From NCBI RefSeq assembly GCF_026210795.1, contig NC_089435.1, forward strand, positions 3,100,001 to 3,164,000: a stretch of DNA of 64,000 nt. Direction: 5' to 3'. Shown piece after piece: positions 39,687 to 53,772 of this stretch. The DNA is from Rhizophagus irregularis. Taxonomy: Eukaryota. The notes under the pieces were generated by a model, which was not told the origin of the DNA, did not search any database, and saw only the letters and a list, made by a program, of their open reading frames with translations. The position numbers and the translations under genes were made by a program. The first letter of the stretch is position 1; every line of letters begins with the position of its first letter.

Positions 39687-41260
39687 GATCGCCGGTCATG
39701 TGATTATTCGATTAACACTATTATAAAAAAAATTTACTTTTTTTTTTGCTTCCCGGTAACTGGCGTCATTTTAATATTATTAAGTAATAGTTCTATCAAT
39801 TTTTTTTAGTAATAACAATAAGTTTTGGTGATAAGAATATTTTTTTTTTGTAACAATAGATTTGATAATGGGAATTTTTTTTTGATATAAATTTTTTTTA
39901 AATATATTACTATGATATAATCTTCTGTAATAATACATTCGTATGATAATATTCTTGATGAGAAATTTATATTTTTTTTTGGAACAATTAATTATTCGAG
40001 TCTGAATAAACCATAAATTCTATAATACTTAATATAATAATCATATTGTAAATATAACTACTGTATGTTCAGTATTATATTAAATACAAATCTACATGAT
40101 TGTAAAAGTTAAATAAAATAATAATGCTCTAACCATTATATATTAATAATTAGTAAATACATTAGCTCATTAAACTAGATAAATTCATTACTGTAGAAAG
40201 TTATTTATGTTTTATTATAAAGAAAATTTTAAATTTTAATGAAAGCCTAATTAATAGACTCTAAATATAGGTAATTAGGTGCCATATTACTTTATTACTG
40301 TAACATTGTTTTTTTTAATCCGGTAAATGGTTTATTTTAAGATATCTATCAAGACTTTGCTTGTCCAATTTAATTGAATATTTCACCCTTTGTCATTAAT
40401 AATTTTCGCAGTTGGTTTATCATTCTCATAGTTCTCTGCAAAATCCAAGATTTAAATCTAAAATATTATATTCCTTTATCAATGAATTAATAAAAAAATT
40501 AGTTACGTTCTAATTATAATTCTTAAATTAAATGTAAATTTACGAAAGTGACTTAAAATTTGTAGAAGCTTACCATAAAAATTAGAAATCCTATCTTATT
40601 GAACGAAATGTTTTTTTTTTTAGAATTGTGTGCACATTAAATTTATAATTAATTATGTTTGATATTTGCACAACGGAAATCTCTGCGTAGTAATCATTGT
40701 TTTTTTATTGTTCCTCTACATTCTCGGACAACAAAGGCTTTTTAAAAAGGTTTTATGGGTCATATAATTTATATATTAATTGATTAAGAAAGTCAAAAAA
40801 AAAATTTTATTATTTTCACGCTAAGTTAATGCAACTGCGCCATATTATTGTCCCCACGTGAATTTTCTGCAAGAAGGAGCCGAGCAATACATAGAAAGGT
40901 AACCCAAATAAAGTGTAGATCCTTCCTTTTTGTTAATGACAGGCGGCATTATGTCATTCCCTGAAGAGATACATAGAGCTAATAGTGAATGAGTGCCAAT
41001 CTCTTGTTACCTATTTATATATTGCAAAGTTCCGTTACTTCGATACCTATAGAATTTATTTATTCTTTGATGGAATTCTTGTTAAATTTCATTCCAAAAT
41101 AAGCTTCTAGATTATTTACTCGCAAGGAATGAATGCATAGAATTTTTCATGGAAATTTGGAAAAAAATTCCGTGTTAAATTTTACTACATATATATATAC
41201 TAGAAAGTTTACTTGAACGTTACAAATAAATGAAATTTTTATTTTAGATAATTTGAAGTA

Positions 41261-43289
41261 ATGGAGCAACCAGTATATTATAAACATAAAATTGACTTTT
41301 TAATATCGGACAACACGCCTTCAATTCAGCCGACACAAAACTCACAAAACATATATAAGAAATGTAATGAATGTAATAGAAAAAGAAAAATTTTTGATAA
41401 AAGTCACGAGATTTGTCACGTGTGTTACAATATAAAGACTATACTTAAGCCTAAACAAAGTGGAAACAAAGTTGTTGACGATTTTATCAGATATACTCAA
41501 AGTAATTATGCTTTTATAGAAGATGGTAAAATGGAGCTTATTCCTTATGATCAATTCACCAATATAGAATTTATTGCTGAAGGAGGATTTAGTAAAATTT
41601 ATAAAGCTACTTGGGTTGATGGTCCTATCAATAATTGGAATAGGATTAAAGATGATTATTGGAATATTACTCGTAGAAAAAATTATACCGTTGTTCTCAA
41701 AAAGCTTAACAATTCTAAAAACATTACACCCAAGGAACTGAATGAGGTATGGCAAATTCTATATGTTTTAAATCTTCAATATGATGATGATAAATTAATT
41801 AGTTCAAGATATTTTATCAGATTTATTCAGATAAGAATGCACATAAAAGTTATATTAGTAATTATTTTGGAATTACTCAAGATCCTATTACCAAAGATAT
41901 TATAATTATTATGCCATATTATAATTCAGGTGATTTGATACATTATATAAGTAACGAATTTTATAATATTAATTGGGGAACAAAGTTGAATAAATTATGT
42001 TATATAGCAATTGGACTTAATAATATACACAAAGCAAAAATTGTTCACAGGGATTTACATAGTGGAAATATCTTCTTCGATGGACATACTGCGCATATAG
42101 GTGATCTTGGAATAAGTAAATCTGCAATTGAATGTACAGAAGATAGCAATGAGAATTATGGTATTATTCCTTATATGGCACCAGTTATTTTTCAAGGGCA
42201 AAAATATACAGAAGCTTCGGATATATATAGTTATGGGATGATTATGTGGGAATTTATGACAGGTAGAAGGCCTTTTTGGAATGAAAATCATGATATTGAA
42301 CTTATAATCAAAATATGTGATGGTTTACGACCATCAATTGTTACAAATGCACCTAAAGAATATATTGAATTAATGAAAGAATGCTGGCATTCTGATCCAG
42401 AACAAAGACCAAATGTTAATAATATATCTGGCAAAATTTGGGCAATGTTTATAAATGAAAATGATAGTACAAGTTTAACTAAAATTATAAAATCATCAGA
42501 TATTGGACCTGTAACAATAAATAATCTAGGCGCCGTTTATAAGAGTAGACCTTTAAGTCACATGATTCAATCTGCAATGTCATTAAGGAGTTCAAGAAGT
42601 CAATCTATCGGTAAATAATTTTATTATACTGAATACTGCAGAAAAATTCTGACTTTTTTTTTAATAATTATTTAGATCCATTAGATCCATTTTATTATTA
42701 TCAGAAAAATAGCAAGGCATCTTCTGCTGGTAATTACTCGGGTTTCGTTTAATGTGACGTTTGTATTAATATTAATAATATTATAATTTTAAAGATAAAA
42801 GAAAGGTTGATAAAGGTTCGGTTGAAGACAGTAATATCAACGGTATGATAAAGTTAGATTCCATGCATAATTATCTAATAAAAATTGATAACCCTATATA
42901 TTTTATTGTGTCTTCAATTATTTTAATTTTCATTTACGAATTTTTTTTAAAAATACAATTTAGATCAAAGTATTAAAAGGAGAAAATTATTTGAGAATGA
43001 AAATTATGGTAAGCAAATTCTATTTTTAGATAAATAACATTTTTATTATTATGTAAATTCTTAACTTTAAATAGATTTAAATTCTTCTTTAGATTATCTT
43101 ACGAAAGAAATCGAATTAGATATTAACGCAAATATGAGTCAACAACAACATAACGGTGAGTAAATACTCTGTTTTTCTTTTAAAAATATATAAATAATAG
43201 TTTTAATTTTTTTTTAATTTATAAAAATAGAATATGTTACCAAGGAATTTGATATAGATATTAATAATATTGATGAGTCAAATTTATAG
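41261..43289 (+). CDS. TKL-type protein kinase; exons 41261-41746, 41803-42610, 42676-42729, 42795-42842, 42964-43008, 43093-43155, 43231-43289
   Basis: CxxC..CxxC N-terminus, SGNKVVDDFI, EGGFSKIYKA, VVLK, HRDLHSGN, DLG, APV, ECW..RP; all GT-AG junctions join in frame. Confidence 0.9.
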
Positions 43290-44043
43290 TATTAATTTTT
43301 ATATTAACTTGTGGTTGTAGTGTAGTCTAACCTTACATTATAAAAGTTTGGGTTAGTTTTTCTTTTCTCCATTTTTTTTTAATTTAATAGTTGAATATTA
43401 GTTATATGTATATGTATTTAATATAGCAAATAGAACGAATTTTCTTTTTATGTATTCGTAAACAAAACCTTATTTTTTTTTTCACAAATGACATAAATTT
43501 TACGTTAGATACTCACGCCACTTTAAAGGTTTTGTATAAATATATTTTTTATTGGCTCAATGTGAGCACAAAATAATTTGTCTTTATTTAATGTATAATA
43601 ATTTTCGCGAATTTATTTTGAATTGCAAAACGTATACTTTTATAATTATTTATTTATAATATGATTTTTGTGCAAATAAAGAGTTTGATAATTCACTAAT
43701 AAGAAAATATTTTATTTGATGGTCAAACGTAATATATTTTTTTAATGTTAAAAATTAGCCCAACTATATTATATGATTACAAGGTTGGTAGCGTATGTGT
43801 CTATTATGTATTGCAGTGAAAAAAAAAACAAGTAGTTGACTCCTAACTTTCTAACATAAAAATATGAAGTATTAAATTGACATTCATATTATTATTTTGA
43901 TAATCGTACCTAGTTGTTCTGACCAACTACCCCAAGAGCACCCCAAAAAATTCTGCGTAAATCATGTGATCATCACATATCACATGATTGAGATTAAAGT
44001 TTACATAAATAATAATTAATTAAATAACTTTATTACTTTCAAT

Positions 44044-44343
44044 ATGGATATTGTAACTACTGGTAATTTACAAAAATGTAAAAAATGTCAAAAAAATTTA
44101 CCTCTAGAAGCTTTCATTAATGAAAATACTCAGCAAATTAAAACTTGTAATATATGTCGTCATAAAGCTACTTTGCAATATAAACAATCTAATCAATCTA
44201 ACACAGAGGTAGGACTTTTAACTCTAGAAGAAATGTCAAAACAACTATTTGAAAGAATTTTAGAAATCAACACTAATGAATATTTAACTAGTAGAGTAGA
44301 TTTTAATTGCAATGTTTCAAAAATTTATTCGACCATGTCTTGA
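44044..44343 (+). pseudogene. Truncated ORF with CxxC...CxxC zinc-ribbon motif, possibly transposon-derived
   Basis: CKKCQKNLPLEAF..KTCNICR; no continuation found. Confidence 0.4.
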
Positions 44344-45059
44344 TTTGGTAATTTATATTCTTCTTACTCGTTTAATTCCACATCATCAACAACAATATAA
44401 TAAATATTTATGTGGTTGGGAAAAACTTTCATGGTGAAAAGATTTAAAAGGGAGTGGAATAATTTGCAAAAAAAGAAATTAATAATAAGTATGAAAGACA
44501 GATTACAAATCCATGCACTTGGAAAGATCATAATAAACAGAAGTGATTTATAGGCAGTAAATTAATAAATTTATGAAATATTTTCTTAATTTAATTGAAA
44601 TTTGTAGTAGCTTTACGTAAAGATATTTCTCTCAAATGAATATATTACAAATTTTCGTTCACCTTAAGTCCGAAAAATTTTATCAATAGTGATAGAGCTT
44701 TAGCACATATTAAACTACCAAATATTTTTCCAGAAATTTTTCAGAGATAAAATTTTAATATTACAATAAATATTTTAAGTTATAACGATTTTCTAAATTT
44801 TTACAATAAAAAATAAACTATTTTTTAGATATGTTTATGTTTTTTGGAGGGTATGATTTCTAGTTATAAAAATAAAAAATACGGTTTTCAAAAACTGTAA
44901 AAAAGGAAAGAAAAAAATAATATTTATTGCAGATTTTCATGTTACGTTTGTTTTAATATGTGTTCAACAATACTCGTGGTTACCCGCATGAATTATTTTT
45001 ACATTTTGGTTTTTTTTAAAAAAAATTTCTATAGCTTAATGAGTTTAATGTTGAATTAA

Positions 45060-45210
45060 ATTTTCACATTAACGTTTTTATCGGTAACTTTTTTCATTTA
45101 AATCACGCATTCATTAATACATATATTTTTTACTTGAATATTTGATAGCCCACAAACATATTCTAGTAGTCAGCAATGATGTAATTAGAATCAATGGACT
45201 AATCTTTATA
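45060..45210 (+). repeat. Dispersed repeat, second copy at about 51520-51665
   Basis: Shared ATTAACGTTTTTATCGG..AAATCACG..GATAGCCCACAAACATA..CTAGTAGTCAGCAATGAT..TGGACTAATCTTT. Confidence 0.8.
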
Positions 45211-46837
45211 TATATATATATATTGTTTTTATAAAGTAAATAAGCAATTTATTTAGTAAAAAATAACTATGTACTTTGATATTATTATCAAATCAAAGTA
45301 CACATTAAGTTTGGGATCTCCCTCCTTCTCCTGTAACTGTATATAAATATACCTTTTTGTCCCTCGAGAGTATCCTAAACATATTGTCCTGTTTGTGAAC
45401 GCAACAGTTGGTGAAAAAAATCACGTTAAACAACGTGAATATGGAAAGCTTGTTAGGTGTATAGAACTTCATGATTTGGATGATGATAACATTAACTGTT
45501 AATCAATAAATTATTATCATAGTAGAATAGTAGATGCGTGTCCCGAAATTTCTCACATAAGAATTTATAATTGTCCCAGAATCCACTTTCGTTTATGATT
45601 TCCAGCTATCGCAATGTAATCCACGGTATCATATTACAATAGAGAAGTTCTCGCATTGATACTGCAGATTTCTTTAGATGTGTGAGAATTTGGTAGTGGG
45701 TTTTTCTTTGAGCCATTTATTTTAACAAAACGTTCATTAACGCTTCAATCTTTAGTTTCAAAAAAAATTTTCGGACCTTTAAAAAAACGGGGTTTAACTT
45801 TTTTTTTTGCTTTTTTCGTAAGAACTTTGACTCCAACTCGAATATGGAAGAATCGGATAAGTTTTTGAATATTTTAAAAACGTTTTACATTTTTATTAAT
45901 TTAAAATTCGCATTAATTTAGTGGGATTACTATTTTTATTTTAAATTATTCCTTGATTGCTTCTCTCTTTTTAAGACAGATTGTTCTTCAGGTATTTGTT
46001 GCATGGGAATTCAGTAACTTTTCTTTTCTTTGAACTATTTTTTAACGAAATGCTTACTAACGTTTCGTTTTGCTTTTTCTAGTTGGGTATAGACACGTGG
46101 AATTTAGTTGGATTATTTCTTTTTTAGGAAGCCAGCTTTTTGGGTCTCTCTGGATCACTTTGGATGTATTGTATTTCAATAAGTTTTTTTTCTTTGATTT
46201 ATTTGTATTAACGAACAGTTACTCACACTTTGTTCTTTTTTTCTCAGTGGTTTCTTCACGCAGAGTTTTTCTGTTTTTCCTTGATAGTACTGGTGTCTAA
46301 ATCAAAAAGAGATAAATGATGTAAGAAAAATGAATGCAAAGTGACTGCACAAAGAAAGGAAGTGGAGAGAAGAAACTTGATCACAAGGAGGGAAGAGAGT
46401 ATGCAGAGAAATTTAAATGAAGACAAATAAATCTTCTGTAAAATTGGAAGTGTATTTCGTTAAGTAATTACTAAAAAATAGGAAGAACTAGCGGAATAAC
46501 TGGAAGAGAGAGAAAATAGGTAATATAATAACTACAATTCTTTTATCTGTTGGATGCAGGTTTTTGATATTGTATGATCAAAAATTCAGTTAGGAGAATA
46601 AATGTTAACAATTTTACATTTGACAATTAAATTTACAATGTATTTTACAATTAAATAGTATTTTACAATAATTTGCTACAATTAATATTCTTTTTTATTA
46701 AATTAGTGTTAGCTAAAAAATTTACTTTGAGAAAATATTCTATGAATGATTGTGATAAGTTGTCTCACAAAAAAAATAAAATAACATGTAATATAAATTA
46801 AATGCAATAGACTATTTTTATTAATGCTTCTTCAGCC

Positions 46838-47275
46838 AACCAAATACACCTATATGTTATATTGATTTGATGAAACAGTGTTGGGATTCGAATCCAAATA
46901 ATAGACCAGAAGCAGATAAAATTTTTGAATTAATTACATTATTTTGGATCTCATATATGTATGATGTGACCATCCTTTAAAGGATTCATGGAGTTTGAAA
47001 AGGAATATGAAATTGAAAAACAATTTAAAGAAGCAGAAGAATACAGAAGATCAAAACCTATTGCTTTTGGTGAAAGTACTCATCCACAAGCTGTTTATAA
47101 ATCTCGGTTACTTAATCCTTTTACAAAAAATATCCCAAAATTTGATAATAATACAGTGATTTTACAAAGTAAGTCTTATAATTTTTATTTTTAATAAATA
47201 TTATAATTGAATTTATCTAATCTAAAATCAATTCTTTATACAGATTATCATTCATGGATGATACAAATGAATAAA
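46838..47275 (+). pseudogene. 3' fragment of a TKL kinase gene
   Basis: NTPICYIDLMKQCWDSNPNNRP..EIEKQFKEAEEYR..THPQAVYKSRLLN; no upstream kinase exons. Confidence 0.85.
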
Positions 47276-48191
47276 ATGAATCAAATTTATTTTTAGTATA
47301 GGTTATATTATCTTATAGCATTATATTATTTATCATATATATTTATTTATTTATGTACAACACTGATTATAGAGTACATGTAAATTTTATTTTTTATATT
47401 TTTTATATAAATAAAATCAGTTTGTAATTGAACAGATAACTTCAGATTTACTTACATTCCTAATTTTCGGTTGTTGATCAAATTATTCTATACTAACAAT
47501 ATACAATATAATGAAAAATGTGAATCTAATACATAAAATACTAAAAATGATTAATGCATTTCAGATATGATTATCAGTTCGTTATAATAAATTTCAGATT
47601 ATTAGTTACGTGTTTTATGGTAAATTATTGGATTTTAAAATTAAGTTGCCAATCCGTAAAACATTAGTTGTAACATTAATATATTACATATTACAGTTTT
47701 ACATTTAAACAATCAACAAAATTACCCAATAAACAAAAAATAAAAATATTCTTATAATAAATTGATTTGTATATGAAGACTGTTCAACGTGCTCTTTTAA
47801 ATTACCTAAATCACTGACTTCAACTTTGCAAATTTTATTCAATATTATTTAAGTCATTACAATGTAATATCAAATTCACTTTTTTTACTGTAAACATGAA
47901 TAATCATAATTATATTAGTTATTAGTGACAGGATCAAAAAATTTTTCACGTAAAATGACTGACTAAATAAAGTTTTTTACGATAATCTAACTTCACATAT
48001 TACGATTGTTACGTGGAAATGTGGAATCAATGTAATGATACTGACTGACTGACTGTAGACACTAGACAGTCTAGACACGCTTAATTGATGATCACATGAT
48101 ACAAACATCTACAATCTACATGGAAACAAAATTATACTATACGTTAATTAAGTAAAAATGATGCACGTATCTGTCGTATCATCATATGATA

Positions 48192-48369
48192 CCCTGTCGA
48201 TCCGTTTTTTATACGCAATCTTTTTTCTGTAAAAGGCTTATATTCCGGAATTAATAACCTTATATCACGGAATTTATCGAATTATTTACATTTTCCGTGA
48301 ATGGATCCGTGAAAAGCTCATTTTTACGGAGTATTTACAGAAATAACGGATAAAATTTTTTTTATAGGG
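48192..48369. mobile_element. Short MITE with CCCT...AGGG ends
   Basis: TA on both flanks; internal CCGTG/ACGGA motifs like those in 17827-19599. Confidence 0.5.
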
Positions 48370-48806
48370 TATAAAATAATTAAAAATTACATGAATGAGG
48401 TTGCATTACGAATTCCAGAAAAAATCAAAATCCTGATAATTTTTTAATTTTATCCCATAGTTTTGTTAATTGGAAATTACATGAGACAAAAACACTTATT
48501 TTCACGGTTAGTCTGATGATCAGAATAGTCAACCTACAGCAGATAGTAAACGATTTCTGAAATTAAGTGCACCAAAACTCTTTATGAATCTGAGACAAAA
48601 TGTAAATAATACGATTTATTTCCGATCTCAGAATCATAGAAAGAATTTCAAATTTCGAAATGATATTTAAAAAAGCTTAATAAAGAATAAGATTTGCGCA
48701 AATAACTAGCCTATACCATATTGATATACGTAATAAGAGTGTATAAATAGTGTGATCTCCTACATTTACATCCTTCTACAAAAACAACTTAAAGCACAAG
48801 TAGAGT

Positions 48807-49526
48807 ATGTTTGCTAAATTGTGTATATACGCTTTCTCTTTAATTGCGATCACAACTATAACCATAGGAGTACCTCTAGAGGTATCATCAAAATTGACTA
48901 GTCGCCGTGCTCAATTGGAAAAGTATGGAACACTGAATCAGCAGTCTCTGAGTCGTCGTGGACATTTGAATAAGCGATTTCAACTTGTCGAGTGTTTAGA
49001 TGGGAACGATGTACTCATTGATTCATATTGTGACAAATTAAGAAAAATAATTGTTCATTGTCAACATCCTGATGGTAAACTCATCACTTTTAATAAATCA
49101 TGTAAAAAGGACGAAGTTTGTATTGATTATAATGATGCTAATGAAAATCATCAGTCAGTTTGTATGGAAAAGCTATATATCAGAACATGGACTAGTATTG
49201 AATATAATAAACTTTCCTGTTCATCTGATACAGCATACATTCAAGGAGGAGATTTGCATACCGGAGTGAATACGTATGATGGAGATGGGAATCCAGCGGA
49301 AGTGTATGAACTGCAGACGTTTTTGTCAGAACAAGTAGTTGAATCTAACTTTTATAAACACAATATCACTAAAGATTTCCATGATTATAGAAATACTGAA
49401 AGGATCAAATACTGTTTCATTCCAGGCAGCAATCTTAAAATAACAGCTTATGCTGTAGCTATAAATTTTGATCCTAGAGCGGGAAATGATAAAGGAACGC
49501 CTGTACTGGTTGCACCATCGGAATAA
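48807..49526 (+). CDS. Secreted Cys-rich protein, 239 aa, effector-like
   Basis: Hydrophobic signal peptide; dibasic RR/RR/KR sites; 8 Cys after KR; intronless; TATAAATA at about 48742. Confidence 0.85.
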   Translation: MFAKLCIYAFSLIAITTITIGVPLEVSSKLTSRRAQLEKYGTLNQQSLSRRGHLNKRFQLVECLDGNDVLIDSYCDKLRKIIVHCQHPDGKLITFNKSCKKDEVCIDYNDANENHQSVCMEKLYIRTWTSIEYNKLSCSSDTAYIQGGDLHTGVNTYDGDGNPAEVYELQTFLSEQVVESNFYKHNITKDFHDYRNTERIKYCFIPGSNLKITAYAVAINFDPRAGNDKGTPVLVAPSE

Positions 49527-49927
49527 AGTTTTGGATATTTTTATTGATGGAATATTTGTTTGTGTATTTATGAAAGCATGTTTTATTTTATTTTTTAATA
49601 ATTTTATTATTATTTTATCTCTACCAAATTTGTTTAAATACTCTTTCTCCCTTTAAACGAGATCTACTCCAATCATTTTTTAACCGGCACTTTCTCACGT
49701 ATTACTTTACAAAGTTATAATAAAGAATTTTATTTTGAATTTTTTAAACGTGTGCATTTACAAGTGATATTAATGAATAATACGGGAGATATATTTTAGC
49801 ATTTTACAGATATGAAAAAAAATAATAGCTAGGTTTGTATTAGCATCAGCGCTTTCATAATATATTAATGGAAAAAAAAAATCCTAATCCTCTTACTCAT
49901 CTGATCCATCGTAATTATTATTGATAG

Positions 49928-50215
49928 TCATATTAATGGCATTAGCACTTTGCGAAAAAGAAGGGAGGGTAGGCGTGACTGACCTAGAGATAGTAGGAGG
50001 TTCGACGTTGCCGGTCTCGGCATTTCCTTGGAATTTATGGCGACTTTTGAAGATAATTCTCCAGAGGGATGCTTAGGTTGCTTTGAAGAAGAAGTTGAAG
50101 ACGCTTCTTGTGATGTTGATGTTGATGGTGAGCTCGGTTTACCTAATCTTCTAACACTCTCATTGTGTATCTGTTCAAACGGCAACTCTAGCAATATTAA
50201 ATTATTTCTAACCAA
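49928..50215 (-). pseudogene. Ser/Pro-rich coding fragment, likely an orphan terminal exon
   Basis: GC-richer, open for 95 codons, no ATG start. Confidence 0.35.
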
Positions 50216-50496
50216 ATATGCTTAATTGTTTTATTTAGTTATACTAATTTTATTTTTTATAGCTTATCGTAGTTTATGATTTAACTATTGGTAAAAATAG
50301 GTTAAAGCATAACCACACTAAAAGTAATTGTAGCGTTAGTGTAATGGCTACACGTGATCTTAACACGTGCCCTTATGGGGCTCGCAACGTCAAATTATTT
50401 GGATGGATCGTAATTTATATTAACTATAAAACAATTTAATAACATTTATTTTACTTTAGATTTTACTCTTATTTTTTTTTTAATTTAAATAGTCTA

Positions 50497-51490
50497 CTAG
50501 CTGTAGTCTGTTGCGTTGCAACAGATTAATTCATATTAATATGCTGCTCTATAAATGAGCTTTTTCCTTTTTCTGTTACTGTTCATTTTTTTATTGTAAT
50601 TTTTTTGTTATCTCCATTCTCCATCCTCTAACATAAGCTAATATAAGCTGTATAAGCTGTAGTAAATTTTTAATTATATAAAATAAAATATTTAAAAGTA
50701 AGACGAACCCTGTAAAAAAAAAAATAGTAGCAAAAAAAGTCATTTCTATTATTAGTGCTATTCAATAAATGTATAATAATAATAATAAAAATAGTCAAAA
50801 ATAAAAAAAAAGCTAATTTTGTTTTTGGGTTGAGCTGAAAAAAAATAAAAAAAAAAGATTATAAGAATAGATATTAAAACCACAGATAAAACATTCTCAA
50901 AAGGAAAACGCCATATAAAGTATTTTTTACATCCGATGACGTTGAGCTAAAAAACCAAAAATAAAAAAAAATTTAGTTTTATTATTCATTTCAAAATGTA
51001 TTTATTTTGATTCACTGATTCAAACCTAAAAGGTAAAGCAAAAAAAAGAAATTTCGGTAAAAGAAAAAAAAAAGAGAAAAAAAGGCACTCACCATAGCAT
51101 TGCAGCATCAAACTAAAATATTATTAAAAAAATCCTCCGGTCTTAAAAAAACCGGAGGGAAGAGAAAAAATTTTTTAAAAAATCCGGGTTAAAACAAAAC
51201 TGAGGAGAACAAAAAAAAAACTTTTAATAAAATACGGTTTTCATAAACTGTGAAAAAGGAAATCAAAAAAAAAATTTTTTATTGCAGCGCATCGTTAACT
51301 TTTCCGTTAGCGTTACAAAATTCCTACTACAACTGGATTGGATTAGTCATAAAATTTTCGCGGATTGGCAATTGATCACATGTCTGAGTTTTTCAGGCTA
51401 GTTTTTTATATTCTAGCATTTACAGTATATGTTTACACCTCTTTATAATAAAAATAAAAAATATTGGTAAACTTTTGGGAATTAGCAGAA
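50497..51490 (-). mobile_element. Helitron-like element; 3' end clear, 5' end approximate
   Basis: Minus-strand hairpin TCTGTTGC-AAC-GCAACAGA followed by CTAG|T at 50497. Confidence 0.55.
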
Positions 51491-52178
51491 GGATAATCAT
51501 GTGGTGTGCATGAATTAATTTTCAAATTAACGTTTTTATCGGCAACTTTTTTAAATCACGTATTCATTAATATACAGTTTTTTTACTTGAACATTTGATA
51601 GCCCACAAACATACTCTAGTAGTCAGCAATGATATGGTTCAAATAAAATCATTGGACTAATCTTTTAATATTCTCCTTTTTTTATTTTTATTTTTATTTT
51701 TAACATTTAACAAAATTTAGAGCTTCTGACTAATAATAAATAATATATTTATAGACTAAATTTGACTATTGTTAATATTAAATTTGACTAGCGTCAAGCA
51801 TGTAAGTTTAATCAATTAGATAAATAATCAACTCTTCACTATAACTTTTTTATAAACTCATATTTAAAAGAAGAGTCATGTAATAAGCCAAAAAAGACAT
51901 TTATAGTTAAAAATGTTCGTTCAAATTTTAAGTCATTAGTTAGAGAAAACGAATAACGATATTATAGTAAGGATACGATACCAATTACCACGCATGTTAC
52001 TCTAAATTGTGGCACAGCTTTATCATTAAATATAGAGTACATACTAGCAGTTACCCGTTGCTTCCAATGAGTTTGTTTTGTTTATAATTAGGAATTTATA
52101 TAGGTAATAATTAGTTAACAAAAATTAATAAAATAATATGTATTAAATTATAATTATAATATTAGAATGATATTAATT

Positions 52179-53772
52179 GGGAATTGGTAAACTTCGCCTG
52201 GGTCGATCACGTGGCAGATTTAATACTTTTGATTGGCCAGATTTGCCACATGATCACTTTAATTGTAGGCTCGAGGTTCGTTTCCTTGGTTCTTTCGGTC
52301 TCAAGGTATTTTTCTTTTTTCTTTTATTTTTATTACTAACTTACATTCTTACACTTTGTTTCTTACTAACTCTATTTCATTATTTAGTCCTTCCGGTTCT
52401 GCAATTAAGGTACAGTTGTTTTTCACTTTACATTTCGTTTCTTATTTTTTATTTTTTTTTTTGTTTCTGGTTCATATTTCATTTTTAACTAATTTTATTT
52501 CATTTTTTTTTAGATCTTTTAGTTCTTTCGGTTCTACAATTAATAAAGGTATTTTTTTTTTATTTATTTTTTTTTTGTTTCTATCTTATATTTCGTTTCT
52601 TACTAACTTCACTTTATGGTTTATTTTTTACCTGGTTTCCTATCATTATCTTTTGCTACCCAACCTTCTATGAGATTTTGATCGGATACCCTAACCGATA
52701 TGGGAAATTTACCATTGTTTGAACTATTTTTACTACGTGAAAAAAACACTCGAATGCACGTGATCCGGTGATCTGTAGTAATTGACGTATTTTTTGTTGC
52801 CACCTTGCCACCTTATAAAATTTTATCATGATCTTTTTTTATTTTTTGTCTCTCATCATTTTTCACCTCCTATTACTTCTCATTATTCCATCCTTTTCGT
52901 CTCCCATTATTTCTATTACATCTTTTCATTTTCCATTATTTCTTTTTCTCTCCTGTTTACTTCCCATCATTTCTTTTTGTCTCTCATAACTCCTTTTCGT
53001 CTCCCATCACTCCTCTTCATTTTCCCATAACTTTTTTTGTCTCTCGTCACTTCTTTTCGTCTCCCATCACTCCTCTTCATCTTCCCATCACTCCTTTTCG
53101 TCTCCCATCACTCCTCTTCATCTTCTCATTATTCCTCTTCATCTTCCCATTGCTCCCTTTCATCTCCCATCACTCCTTTTCGTCTCCCATCATTCCTCTT
53201 CATCTACCCATCACTCCTTTTCGTCTCCCATCACTCTTCTTCATCTTCTCATTATTCCTCTTCATCTTCCCATCGCTCCTTTTCATCTCCCATCACTCCT
53301 TTTCGTCTCCCATCACTTTTCTTCATCTTCCTATAACTCCTTTTCATCTCCCATCATGTCCTATTTCTCCTTTTGTTTCCTATCAATTCACATTACTCTT
53401 TTTTACTCCCTTTCATCTTCTATTACTTTCCATTACTTCATTGTTATTTCATTTTTTTATTAGCATCTTTCTTCTTGATCATTGAAATTTACTTAATATC
53501 TTTCTTTTATTGTATCACTTCATTAAAAATAAATGGTGATTTTTTGCTTTAAAATCGAAAACGTGTGATTTAAATTTTAATATTTGCAAATAAATTTCAT
53601 TAGATAAGATTATTTTAAATAAATATGTTTGCAAAAATTTTTTTTTTAAAATATCTTTTGCGATAAAATTTTAAGTTTAGCCGATCAAAAATTAGCTAAG
53701 TTGATTCTTTATATATTGTACATCATGTGACATATTTGGAAAAAAAACCCCCGGCGATGTTTAACAATTCCC
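52179..53772. mobile_element. Non-autonomous TIR element with 4-bp AATT TSD (Sola-like)
   Basis: TIR GGGAATTG(G/T)TAAAC(T/A)TCGCC; AATT on both sides; the empty site is seen in the other Helitron copy near 24010. Confidence 0.75.
52975..53360 (+). repeat. Pyrimidine-rich ~20/21-bp minisatellite (CTCCCATCACTCCTTTTCGT / CTTCCCATCACTCCTCTTCAT)
   Basis: Directly visible. Confidence 0.9.

Noticed and set aside
52782..53485. S/H/P-rich ORFs
   Set aside because: Translations of the pyrimidine minisatellite.
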